Positions 19,067 through 29,085 of a stretch of 64,000 nt of DNA are shown piece after piece (the stretch's first letter is position 1; each line of letters opens with the position of its first letter). This DNA is from Chloroflexota bacterium. GTDB taxonomy: Bacteria > Chloroflexota > UBA11872 > VXOZ01. Under the pieces are notes generated by a model. The model made no database searches. It had not been told where the DNA came from and was given only the letters and a program-made list of their open reading frames with translations. The stretch covers positions 2,976,001 to 3,040,000 of the forward strand of contig OY760183.1 in NCBI GenBank assembly GCA_963663275.1. The letters run 5' to 3'. Position numbers and translations under genes: made by a program.

Positions 19067-20150
19067 GCCAGGCGCAGGGCGAAATCTACGACCTCGGCTA
19101 CCAGCACTACGACGGCCCGCGCGGCGGCAGGCTCCAGGCCGTGTGGTCGCTCTGGGTCAACGGCTTCCGCACCACGCTCGGCCTGGGCCGGGGCGCACGC
19201 GCCAAGGTCCTGCCGGCGCTCATGGCGCTCGTTGCCGTCGCCCCAACCGCCGTTTTCCTCGTGCTGGCGGCAATCGTGCCGCTCGGCCCGCCCGACGGCG
19301 GCGTCCACGCCAGCTTCTACCGCGCCACGGCCCTCCTGCTGCTGCTCTTCGCCGCCATCATCGCCCCGGAACTGCTCATTCCCGACCGGCGGAGCGGCGT
19401 CTTCACGCTCTATCTCGTGCGCCCGCTCACGGCCTTCGACTACGTGGCGGCGCGCTGGGCCGCCTTCCTCTGCGTCATCCTGGCGGTAACGCTCTGCGGG
19501 CAAGTCCTCGTGCTCGGCGCCAACTTGCTGCTGGCCGAAGCGCCCATGACGTTCCTGCGGGAGAACTGGCAGGATATACCCCGCTTCATCCTGGGCGGCG
19601 TCATCGTCGCGCTGTTCGTGACCACGATTCCCATGGCGGTGGCGGCCTTTACCGAGCGGCGGGCCTACGCCGCGGCGTTCGTCATTGCCGTTTTTGTCAT
19701 CACCACACCCATGGCAAGCGTGCTGGCGGCGGAATGGTGCGAAACGACAGTGACGGAGAACGGCAGCGGTGGTGAAGTGGAGATTGTCGTTGGCGAAAGC
19801 GCAAGCGAGGGCGGGCCGCGAGAACAAGCGGCGCAATCACGCCAAGAAACCCAGCAAGACGCGACCCAGGAAGAGCGCGTCCGGCAAGATGAATCGGGCG
19901 CGCAACAGGAACCGCCGGTAGCCGAAGAATGCCGCCGCATCACCGGCGACTACGCCAAATGGTTCGCGTTGCTGGACGTCGGCCGCGCCCCCACGCACCT
20001 CATCGACCTGCTGTTCAGCGTTCAGCCGGAAGAAGACCAAACGGCCGTCGCCATCGGCGAACTGCCGCGGGCCGTGCCCATCGCCTGGTACGCGCTCCTG
20101 GTTCTCGCGCCGGGCGCGATTCTGCTGCTGCGCTATCGGAGGATGAGTAT

Positions 20151-20154
<4 letters not shown>
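19063..20154 (+). CDS. ABC-2 type transporter permease
   Basis: IYDLGY N-terminus, DRRSG..LYLVRPL motif, multiple TMs; ATGA coupling on both sides. Confidence 0.85.
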
Positions 20155-21080
<926 letters not shown>

Positions 21081-21081
21081 G

Positions 21082-21804
21082 ATGGCTGAGATATTCGCGC
21101 TTTCACTCCGGCAACTTCTCGGCCGCTGGCGCGTGCTGGTGATTGTGCTGCTCGCCGCCCTGCCGTCGCTGCTCGTGCTGCTCATCAGGCTGGTTGGCGA
21201 GGGCAACCTTGCCTTTCACGAGGAGTTCATCGGCGTCATCATCGACGCCATGATCACCGGCGGCATCCTGCCCATCGTCACCCTGACTCTCGCCACCGCC
21301 GCCTTTGGCAACGAACTGGAAGACAAGACGCTCTACTACCTCGTGCTGAAACCGGTCTCGCGGCTGTCGATCGTGCTCGCGAAACTGCTTGCCACCTTGG
21401 TGGTGGCCCTGCCGCTGGTGGTGGCGAGCGGCGTGGTGGCGTCGGCGCTGGTGGGCGCGGAGGCGCGCATCCTGGGCACGATTGCCGTCGCGCTTGCCGC
21501 CGGCGTTGCCGCCTACGCCGCGATCTTCACGTTTGCCGGACTGTTGACGCCGCGGGCGCTGGCGTACGGCCTGGTGTACGTGCTCGTGTGGGAAGGATTG
21601 CTCAGCACGTTCGTCGGCGGCATTGGCTACCTGAGCGTGCGCGGCTACACGCTCGCGCTGCTGCACGGCTTCGATGAGCAGAGTTTTGCCGTGTTCGCGG
21701 AGCGTGTGATCGAGTTCCCCGCCGCCATCATCGGCACCGGCGTCGTCATCGTGGGCTTCTTCTTGCTGGCGCTCTACCGCCTGCGCACCATGGACGTGCC
21801 CTAG
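21082..21804 (+). CDS. ABC-2 type transporter permease
   Basis: ELEDKTLYYLVLKPVSR motif, about 6 TMs. Confidence 0.88.
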   Translation: MAEIFALSLRQLLGRWRVLVIVLLAALPSLLVLLIRLVGEGNLAFHEEFIGVIIDAMITGGILPIVTLTLATAAFGNELEDKTLYYLVLKPVSRLSIVLAKLLATLVVALPLVVASGVVASALVGAEARILGTIAVALAAGVAAYAAIFTFAGLLTPRALAYGLVYVLVWEGLLSTFVGGIGYLSVRGYTLALLHGFDEQSFAVFAERVIEFPAAIIGTGVVIVGFFLLALYRLRTMDVP

Positions 21805-21837
21805 CGCCGCCCACGGACGACAATGCCTTCGCCAACC

Positions 21838-22205
21838 GTAGCGCGGGGGATCGTCCCCCGCCTAACTCTTCCCGTAGCGCGGGGGCTTGTCCCCCGCCAG
21901 CGCAACACACGCAGGTTACAAACCTACGCTACCAGACTACTGCACCCGCAACGCGGGAGGCTCGTCCCCCGCCTAATCTCTTCCCGTAGCGCGGGGGCTT
22001 GTCCCCCGCCTGTTCAACACGCGCAGGTTACAAACCTACGCTACCGGACTACGGACGCCGTAGCGTGGGGGCTTGTCCCCAATGCTGTCGCGTAAAGCTA
22101 ATGAGCACTGTACTACCCGTTCGTGCTGAGCCTGTCGAAGCATGAACGGCTATTCGCCACCTTTCGGCGGTTCCGTTCACCCTTCGACGCGGCTCAGGGC
22201 GAACG
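21838..22205. repeat. Mosaic repeat cluster (REP-A, REP-B, solo IS4-type end at 22080, CCGTTCGTGCTGAGCCTGTCGAAG pair)
   Basis: Repeated gtagcgcgggggcttgtcccccgc and gcaggttacaaacctacgctac; caatgctgtcgc directly after gggcttgtccc. Confidence 0.85.
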
Positions 22206-22370
22206 TTCCTCGTGCAGACAAAACGATCGTAAACAGGTTCTTAGGGACGAGCAGGCTAGATGACGTGACGTGCCACATCTTAGGACTGTGAAGCACTCGC
22301 TGTGTGTTCTGTCCGTTCAGTGGTTGCTATCTGCGGACCACGTCGCGTCAGAGATAGCCACTCTTTGCAC

Positions 22371-23090
22371 TCATTGCGAGAGATAGGGCGTCAATTCAAA
22401 AAGCGATGTGATTTCCAAATCAGGTTGGGCATCATTCTTGCTCCGTCCTGTCCCGTCCCGATTTAGCCACACCGAGCAAAGACCGGCCGCATTCGCGCCG
22501 GCTACGTCAGCCGCCAGGCTATCTCCCACGTGCCATACATGCTTGCCGGATACACCAAGAGCCTTAAGCACAAAAGTAAACGCGCGTTTGTCCGGTTTGG
22601 CCACGCCAGTCTCCCCAGAGATGGAGAAAGCGTTGAACAAATCGGCTATTCCCATAGCCTCGATCTTGTTTCGCTGTGTGTCGGCGGCGCCATTCGTCAC
22701 CAGAGCTACGGGGACGCGCGCCTGCCGCACTGCAGCAATCAGTCCCGCTACGTCACTGAATGGCTGATACGAATCCCAGGCAAAGCGCAAGTGTGTCTTG
22801 GCTGCAAATTGAGCGAGTGATTCGTCATGGTTGCCACATGCCTGAAGCGTCCTGCGCCAGGTTTCAAGAGTGAGTTCGGCGCCGCTCAGTCTGCCCAGCG
22901 TCCAAGCGTCATGACTCTCCGGCCCGCGGGTACTGAACACTGCGTGATTGGCCTCCCGCAGCCGCTCTGCCTCTAACCCCGGCCGTAGCAACGCTACTTT
23001 CTCACAGGTTCGCACGACGGATTGCGGGAAAAAGCTGCCGTCCAGCAGTGTATCGTCCAGATCAAGAAGAAGTGCGCACACTCGTCTCAT
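22371..23090 (-). CDS. HAD-superfamily hydrolase
   Basis: DLDDTL, VTNG, KPD, HVGDS...DVAGA motifs; ATG overlaps the upstream stop. Confidence 0.9.
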   Translation of the reverse strand: MRRVCALLLDLDDTLLDGSFFPQSVVRTCEKVALLRPGLEAERLREANHAVFSTRGPESHDAWTLGRLSGAELTLETWRRTLQACGNHDESLAQFAAKTHLRFAWDSYQPFSDVAGLIAAVRQARVPVALVTNGAADTQRNKIEAMGIADLFNAFSISGETGVAKPDKRAFTFVLKALGVSGKHVWHVGDSLAADVAGANAAGLCSVWLNRDGTGRSKNDAQPDLEITSLFELTPYLSQ

Positions 23091-24022
23091 AACTCGGCCT
23101 CGATGCGTCCGAAGTCCCGCAGCGTTCTCAGGGTGCGCAGCGTAATGCGCGCCTGCCACTCGCGCCGGGCGACCTGCCACGCCGCCGGGTGTTGCTCGCC
23201 CCACGAGAAGGTGGGCGACCACGCGCCGTCCGCGCCCTGTTGCTCAAGCTCGTAGTCCAGGTTCATCGCCACCTCAGCCGCCAACCCGGCCGCCAGCGGC
23301 GTATCCGGCGACGGCGCCACGTCCAAGGGCCGCAGCACGTAGCCGCTCAATTGCTCCCGCTCCCGGGCGACGCCGTGTTCTGCCGCCTTAGCCAATTTCG
23401 CCCAGACGCGCTCGCGGTGGGATTGGGGCAGCGCCGCGGTCTGTGCCAGGCTGGCAAAGCAGAGCACGTCGTGCATCTCCATCTCGTCCGGCAGCGAATC
23501 CAGGTGCGCGAAAACCGCTGTCGTTAACGTCTCTACCAACTCCTCCGGTACCGCGGCCCGGTAGTCGTGCAGGTAGCCGACAATCTCCACGCGCGGGTTG
23601 ACCAAGAACCCGCCAAAGCCCGCCTCGCTTGCCGCGTAGTCCCACCACGGCGCGTGGGGCGCGTCCTCAACCTCCGGCGGCACGATCGGCCACACCTGCC
23701 GGGACTCGTCGTACGTTTCGAGCAAGTACGCGATGCCCCTCTGCGCCATTTCATGGTCTACAGGCACACCCAGCGACCGAAAATTCTGGAATGCTATGGT
23801 CGTCGCGATCACCGACGACGCCGGCGTTCTGAGATCCGGTTCCAGGCCGTGGCCGAAACCGCCGTCGTCGTTCTGGTACGCCGCCAGCGCGGAGAGAACA
23901 TCATCCGCGCTCCCATCCTCGAAGTGGTAAGCGAGCAGCGCCCGGTCCAGGTCCCTGCCCTGCTCTTTCACAAAAGCAATCGCGCGGCGAAATCCCGACA
24001 GTGTAAGGCGCTTCATCTCCAT
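23087..24022 (-). CDS. Alpha/alpha-barrel (prenyltransferase/squalene-cyclase repeat-like) conserved protein
   Basis: YQNDDGGFGHGLEPD and QQGADGAW QW-like repeats, PHAPWW. Confidence 0.65.
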   Translation of the reverse strand: MEMKRLTLSGFRRAIAFVKEQGRDLDRALLAYHFEDGSADDVLSALAAYQNDDGGFGHGLEPDLRTPASSVIATTIAFQNFRSLGVPVDHEMAQRGIAYLLETYDESRQVWPIVPPEVEDAPHAPWWDYAASEAGFGGFLVNPRVEIVGYLHDYRAAVPEELVETLTTAVFAHLDSLPDEMEMHDVLCFASLAQTAALPQSHRERVWAKLAKAAEHGVAREREQLSGYVLRPLDVAPSPDTPLAAGLAAEVAMNLDYELEQQGADGAWSPTFSWGEQHPAAWQVARREWQARITLRTLRTLRDFGRIEAEL

Positions 24023-24140
24023 CCTCGCTCAATCTGCGAAAACATCAGTCGCTATGGAAGCCGCATGTACTCCCTCTCACGTGAGAGTAGCACATTTCCC
24101 CGTAACCACCGCTTCTACCCAAGCGGGGAATGATGTCCGC

Positions 24141-24308
24141 GTAGCGCGGGGGCTTGTCCCCCGCCAGCGCAACACGCGCAGGTTGCAAACCTACGCTACC
24201 GCAATTCTACAGCCGTAGCGCGGGGGCTTGTCCCCCGCCAGCGCAACACGCGCAGGTTGCAAACCTACGCTACCGCAATTCTACAGCCGTAGCGCGGGGG
24301 CTTGTCCC
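24141..24308. repeat. BIME-like tandem of REP-A plus inverted REP-B, 74-bp period
   Basis: GTAG units at 24141, 24215, 24289; the third REP is interrupted by a MITE. Confidence 0.85.
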
Positions 24309-24484
24309 TAATGTCGTCGCATTAAACGCAATGAGAATGAAAACTACGCTCGTCTTTCCGGTAGCGCAGGTTCGCACGGGAGGTGCGCGTAACCTGCGTC
24401 TTCCGTACGGTCAGTCCATGCCATTCTCACTTTTCCTGTTCCGGCGGGGGACAAGCCCCCGCGCTACGTTAAGCGACAGCAATG
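24309..24484. mobile_element. MITE family A inserted in REP-A with 11-bp target duplication
   Basis: taatgtcgtcgcattaa ... ttaagcgacagcaatg; gggcttgtccc at both 24298-24308 and 24485-24495. Confidence 0.85.
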
Positions 24485-24705
24485 GGGCTTGTCCCCCGCC
24501 GGAGCCGTTTCTACCCAGGCGAGGATTGCTGTATTCCTATCGCACGTCAAGCACTTGACAATTGCGCCGAATTTCAGAGTGCTGCTATAGTATGCCCTAA
24601 GCGGCTTGATGGAACGAAAGGAGGCGGAAAACAGCGTAGTATCAGCCGCGCAAGGCCCGGTTACTTTTCCATGATTCGGTCACTTCCTCTTGAAGGAGGG
24701 AAACC

Positions 24706-26055
24706 ATGGCGGATACACTTTCCCGGCGAACATTGCTGCGCGGCGCGCTGGCAACCGGCGCGGTCGCGCTAGCGGCAGCCTGCGGCACGGTACCGGTTAC
24801 GACGCCGGATGCGGGACAAGCCGACGATGCGCCCAAGGCCGCGGAGGCCGCGCCCAAGGATGAAGGCCCCAAGACAATCAACTTCCTCCACGTGCTCGAG
24901 GGCCAGAATGAAACCTGGCGCAACGGCTGGGCGGAAGTTGTCGAGACGTTTGAGGCCAAGAATCCCGACCAGAAGATCGCGATTGCCGACTCCGCGTTTG
25001 GCGACTTGCCCACCAAAGCGGCAGCGGCGCAAGCCGGCGGGATCAAATTCGACATCATCTACGGCTACTTCGGGTGGGTAGGTACCTTTGTCGCGGGGAA
25101 CATCGTCCAGCCGCTCGATCCCATCATTGCCACAGACCCGGAAATTGATCCCAGCAACTTCCACGAGGCCGCAAAATGGATCCACAAGGGCCAGAATTAC
25201 GGCGTGGCCTGGTGGATCAACTCGCGGGAAATCTGGTACAACAAGAGCCTCATCGTCAACGCCGGCCTCAAGACCCCCACCGAGCTCGAGGCCGAGGGCA
25301 ATTGGACCTGGGAAGCCGCATTGGAAGCGGCCCAGAAGCTCACCCAGCGCCAGGGCGATGAAGTCGTGAAAGGCGGCCTCGGCACGCAGCCGAACTATCC
25401 GTCCGTGCTGACGTATTACTCCTGGGCCTGGGGCGCAGACTTCTGGAACCCGGATTGCACCCAGGCCGGATTTGGCAGCGACGCCTTCCGCGAGGCGCTG
25501 CAATTTCAAGCGGATACCTTTACCAAGCACCGCGTGCAGGGCGGCAACTACTTCGAGGGCAACACGGCCCTCTATCACACCGGACACTTCCAGATCCGGC
25601 GCATTAACGAGCAGGTCACGCCGACGAACCTGTTCGAGGTCGGCATGGCGCCGGTTCCCAATGGGCCGGGCGGGCGCAAGGCCGCCTATGCGGTGGTTGC
25701 CATCCACCTCGGTTCACAGGCCGAGAACGCCGAAGGCGGCTGGGACTTCATCAAGCACACGGTAATCGGCGACCTGCAAGAAATCTGGATCCCGCAGGGC
25801 GGCGGACGCTATCCGGCGGACTTGCGCCGGGAGCCGATTACGACCAAGGACTATGAGGACGCCAGCGTCTACAAGAAGATGGCGGAAATCGCCAACGCGA
25901 CGCCGACGCTCATCCAACAGGGCGACTTCAACGACATCTGGCGCAACGAGACGTGGCCGGCAATCTTGGAAGGCGCCATCACGGTGCCCGAAGCGCTGCA
26001 GAAGACGCAGGATCATGTCCAAGGCTGGCTGGACGACCGCGGCTGTCTCTGGTAG
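24706..26055 (+). CDS. Extracellular solute-binding Tat lipoprotein (carbohydrate ABC SBP family)
   Basis: SRRTLL...LAAACG; FEAKNPD, VQPLD, WYNKSL, WTWEA motifs. Confidence 0.88.
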   Translation: MADTLSRRTLLRGALATGAVALAAACGTVPVTTPDAGQADDAPKAAEAAPKDEGPKTINFLHVLEGQNETWRNGWAEVVETFEAKNPDQKIAIADSAFGDLPTKAAAAQAGGIKFDIIYGYFGWVGTFVAGNIVQPLDPIIATDPEIDPSNFHEAAKWIHKGQNYGVAWWINSREIWYNKSLIVNAGLKTPTELEAEGNWTWEAALEAAQKLTQRQGDEVVKGGLGTQPNYPSVLTYYSWAWGADFWNPDCTQAGFGSDAFREALQFQADTFTKHRVQGGNYFEGNTALYHTGHFQIRRINEQVTPTNLFEVGMAPVPNGPGGRKAAYAVVAIHLGSQAENAEGGWDFIKHTVIGDLQEIWIPQGGGRYPADLRREPITTKDYEDASVYKKMAEIANATPTLIQQGDFNDIWRNETWPAILEGAITVPEALQKTQDHVQGWLDDRGCLW

Positions 26056-26067
26056 ACGAGACAATTG

Positions 26068-26107
26068 AACCAGGGGAGCGTGACCCGCTCCCCTGGTTTT
26101 CTTTTTA
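26068..26107 (+). terminator. Intrinsic terminator
   Basis: aaccaggggagcg-tgacc-cgctcccctggtt followed by ttctttt. Confidence 0.8.
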
Positions 26108-26192
26108 CAATGCAAGGGCTGGGACTTCATACGTGCTTGCAACGGCACATTAAGCCAGTCCAGCTTGTGTCCGCTATTCTGACAACGGGGAG

Positions 26193-27134
26193 ATGATGAA
26201 TATGGCTCGCTTGGCGAAAGTCGCCGTCTGTTCCACGCCGAATACGGTCCTGGGCGAGAGTGACGAAGAACGGCACGAGTTTAATCTACGCAAAGCTGAG
26301 GAATTGCTCCACGAGGCCGCGGCGCAAGGCGCGGACATTGCCTGTTTGCCGGAGGCGTTTCCCGTGCGCGGCATCAACACCGGCGGTACCGACGACCGCT
26401 GGTACGAACCCGTGCCCGGCGGTGAGACCTACCAGCGCATGGCGGCGGTCGCCCGGCAGCGCGGCATGTACGTTGTCGCGCCGATACTGGGCGTGGAGGA
26501 CGGCTTGCGCCGCAACGTGGCGCTGGTCATCGACCGCAACGGCGACTACGTCGGCGGCTACCACAAAGTCCACCTCACCGTCACTGAAGTTGAAGCGTGG
26601 GGCATCACCGCCGGTGACTCCTGGCCGGTTTTCGACCTCGATTTCGGCAAGATCGGCATCACCATCTGCTACGACGTGTTCTTCCCGGAGGGCTTCCGCA
26701 TCCTCGCCCTCAAAGGCGCCGACGTCATCTTCCATCCCACCATGTACAGCATGTACGGCGAGGTGGGCTGGGAGGCGGTGATCCAGTCCCGCGCCATCGA
26801 TAACTGCGTCTACGTCTGTCCGGTGAACTACGGCTTCACGGACCACGAACCCTGGATGCCGGGCATGTGCCTCAATCGCAGCAGCGTGATCGGGCCGGAC
26901 GGTATCGCTGTGGCCGACCGGGGCCGCTACTGGGGCGTGGCCGTGGCCGCGCTCGACCTGGACCGCCCGCGCATGGTCTACCGGGGCGGGTCAACCGGTC
27001 TCGCGAGCTTCCGTGAAGACGCCTGGAACCACCGCCGCCCGGATACCTACCGGGAACTCCTGGACTACGGGCATTGGGCCGACAATCCGAGCCAAACGCC
27101 GGCCGAGCGGTCTCCTGAGGAGACCTTTGCATAA
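26193..27134 (+). CDS. Carbon-nitrogen hydrolase (nitrilase superfamily)
   Basis: E-K-C triad: CLPE, YHKVH, ICYDVFFPE. Confidence 0.9.
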   Translation: MMNMARLAKVAVCSTPNTVLGESDEERHEFNLRKAEELLHEAAAQGADIACLPEAFPVRGINTGGTDDRWYEPVPGGETYQRMAAVARQRGMYVVAPILGVEDGLRRNVALVIDRNGDYVGGYHKVHLTVTEVEAWGITAGDSWPVFDLDFGKIGITICYDVFFPEGFRILALKGADVIFHPTMYSMYGEVGWEAVIQSRAIDNCVYVCPVNYGFTDHEPWMPGMCLNRSSVIGPDGIAVADRGRYWGVAVAALDLDRPRMVYRGGSTGLASFREDAWNHRRPDTYRELLDYGHWADNPSQTPAERSPEETFA

Positions 27135-27241
27135 CCCCTTCCCCTCCGTTGCGGTTTCCGCCCGAAAGAGAAATTCATTAATGCAACGGCAGACGCGCCC
27201 ATGCGTAGACGCATCGGCATCGAGGCAAAGGGTACAGCGAG

Positions 27242-28756
27242 GTGTCCGGCATCATGAAGGTTGCTTGTGTGCTCATAACCCACCTGCGCGCCAAGTGCGA
27301 GTTGCGGCGGCAGCCCGCGTTGGCGGCGGCGCCGGCCGTCGTCGTCGACCGTTCGGACGGGGTTCCCCGGGTGGTTGACGTCTTGCCGGCCGCCGCCGGC
27401 GTAACGGCGGGCATGGCGTTGGCGGAAGCCCTTTCCCACAATCCCGACACCGTCGTCATCGAAGCCAACGAACCGGCGTACCGGCGGGTCTTCCGGCAGG
27501 CGCTGACCGCTCTGCAAGCGGTCAGCGACCGGGTGGAGCAGGCGGCGCTGGGCGTGGCGTACGCGCGTCTGGACGGGCTGGAGACTCTCTACGGCGGCGA
27601 AGAAAGGCTCGTTGCCGCCCTGCTGCGGGCCGTGCCCGCAGACCTCGCGCCGCGCGTGGGCGTGGCGGACGCCAAATTCCCCGCGCTGGTCGCGGCCCAA
27701 GCCGGCCGGGCGGGTGAAGTAACGCGGGTACCGGAGTATGCCGCCGCGTTCTTAGCGCCGCATCCGGTCACGCTGCTGCCGCTCCCGCCCGCGGCGCACG
27801 CCAGCCTGCAACGCTTCGGCTTGCGCACCTTGGGCGACGTGGCGGCCATGCGCGTCGACCAGCTCAGCGGCCAGTTCGGCGCCGACGGTACCCGGGCGTG
27901 GCAGCTTTGCCACGGCATCGACGACGAGCCGTTCATCCCTCTGAAACACGAGGAGTCCGTCACCGCGCGCGTTACGCTGCCGTTTGTCTCCTCCTCCCTG
28001 GAACTCTTGCTGGCGACGCTGGACGGCCTGCTGGAGAGCGCCTACGCCCGGCCGCGGATGCGGGGGCGTTGCGCTGGGCAGGTCACCATAGCGTGCGGCC
28101 TCTTCCGGGCGCCTGCGACGCAGTCGCAGCCGTCATGGGAGAGGGTAATCCACTTCAAGCATAGCGTCGGCCGCGAGGATGCGGCGCGCATTGTCAGAAG
28201 CCGTCTGGAGGCTGACTATCCACCCGCGCCCATCGAGGAAATAACGCTTACCCTGGCTAATCTGACCGGCGAGTCCGCCATACAACCGGGGCTGCTCCGT
28301 GATGCCCGCAAGGACAGAAGCGAGCGCCTGGTGGAGGCGGACCGGCAACTCCAAGCCCGCATGAAAGGCAAGCGCGCCCTCTTTCGCCTGGTGCACGTCG
28401 CGCCCTGGCACCCCGCGCCGGAGTTGCGCACGCTGCAAACGCCGCTCGATCCGGCGGTGAAAGACGGCAGCGTGTGCATCGAAGCGCCCGAAAAGCCGCT
28501 GGCGGCGCCTACGGCGGTGGAAGTGCGCACCGGCGCGGACAACCGGCCCGTGGCGGTGAGCTGCGCGCGCGCGGGGGCGCGCGAAAAGAACCGCTGGCGC
28601 CGGGTAGCCCGCATCGACGATCAGTGGTGCTTCGATCTCTGGTGGCTGGCCGCGCCGCTGACGCGCACCTACTACCGCATACGGCGGGCGGATGGGGTGC
28701 CGCTCACCCTGTTCCACGACCACAGGAACGGCGGTTGGTTCCGGCAAGCCGCGTAG
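27242..28756 (+). CDS. imuB: ImuB-like Y-family polymerase homolog, probably catalytically inactive
   Basis: GVTAGMALAEA, FLAPHPVTLL, LQRFGLRTLGDV and C-terminal W..D.WW...RTYYR...LFHD...W tail; no SIDE motif; upstream of dnaE2. Confidence 0.8.
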   Translation: MSGIMKVACVLITHLRAKCELRRQPALAAAPAVVVDRSDGVPRVVDVLPAAAGVTAGMALAEALSHNPDTVVIEANEPAYRRVFRQALTALQAVSDRVEQAALGVAYARLDGLETLYGGEERLVAALLRAVPADLAPRVGVADAKFPALVAAQAGRAGEVTRVPEYAAAFLAPHPVTLLPLPPAAHASLQRFGLRTLGDVAAMRVDQLSGQFGADGTRAWQLCHGIDDEPFIPLKHEESVTARVTLPFVSSSLELLLATLDGLLESAYARPRMRGRCAGQVTIACGLFRAPATQSQPSWERVIHFKHSVGREDAARIVRSRLEADYPPAPIEEITLTLANLTGESAIQPGLLRDARKDRSERLVEADRQLQARMKGKRALFRLVHVAPWHPAPELRTLQTPLDPAVKDGSVCIEAPEKPLAAPTAVEVRTGADNRPVAVSCARAGAREKNRWRRVARIDDQWCFDLWWLAAPLTRTYYRIRRADGVPLTLFHDHRNGGWFRQAA

Positions 28757-29072
28757 GAGACCTTTGCATAACCCCTTCCCCATCGAGGGCTGACAGGGGT
28801 AGGCATTCTACATCCGACTTCACGTGTCATTCCGAGCGGAGCGCAGCGGAGAGAGGAATCTAAGGCTTTCGCTGCAAAAACGTCGGTTCTAGATTCCTCG
28901 CTCCGCTCGGAATGACACTTGCCTACCCCTGTCAGCCCATCGAGGGGGAAGGTTGGGATGGGGGTGAAATGGCTTGACATCATGCCAAAGCTAGTTGTAA
29001 GAACACTCTGGATTCTGCGCTCCCGCACGGGAGCGGGCTTCCGCCGGAATGACGGAGTTACGTAAAGTTCTC
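28757..29072. mobile_element. MITE family B, complete, with 5-bp target duplication
   Basis: gagacctttgcataac ... gttacgtaaagttctc; CGTAG at 28752-28756 and 29073-29077. Confidence 0.75.
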
Positions 29073-29085
29073 CGTAGGAACAGCC

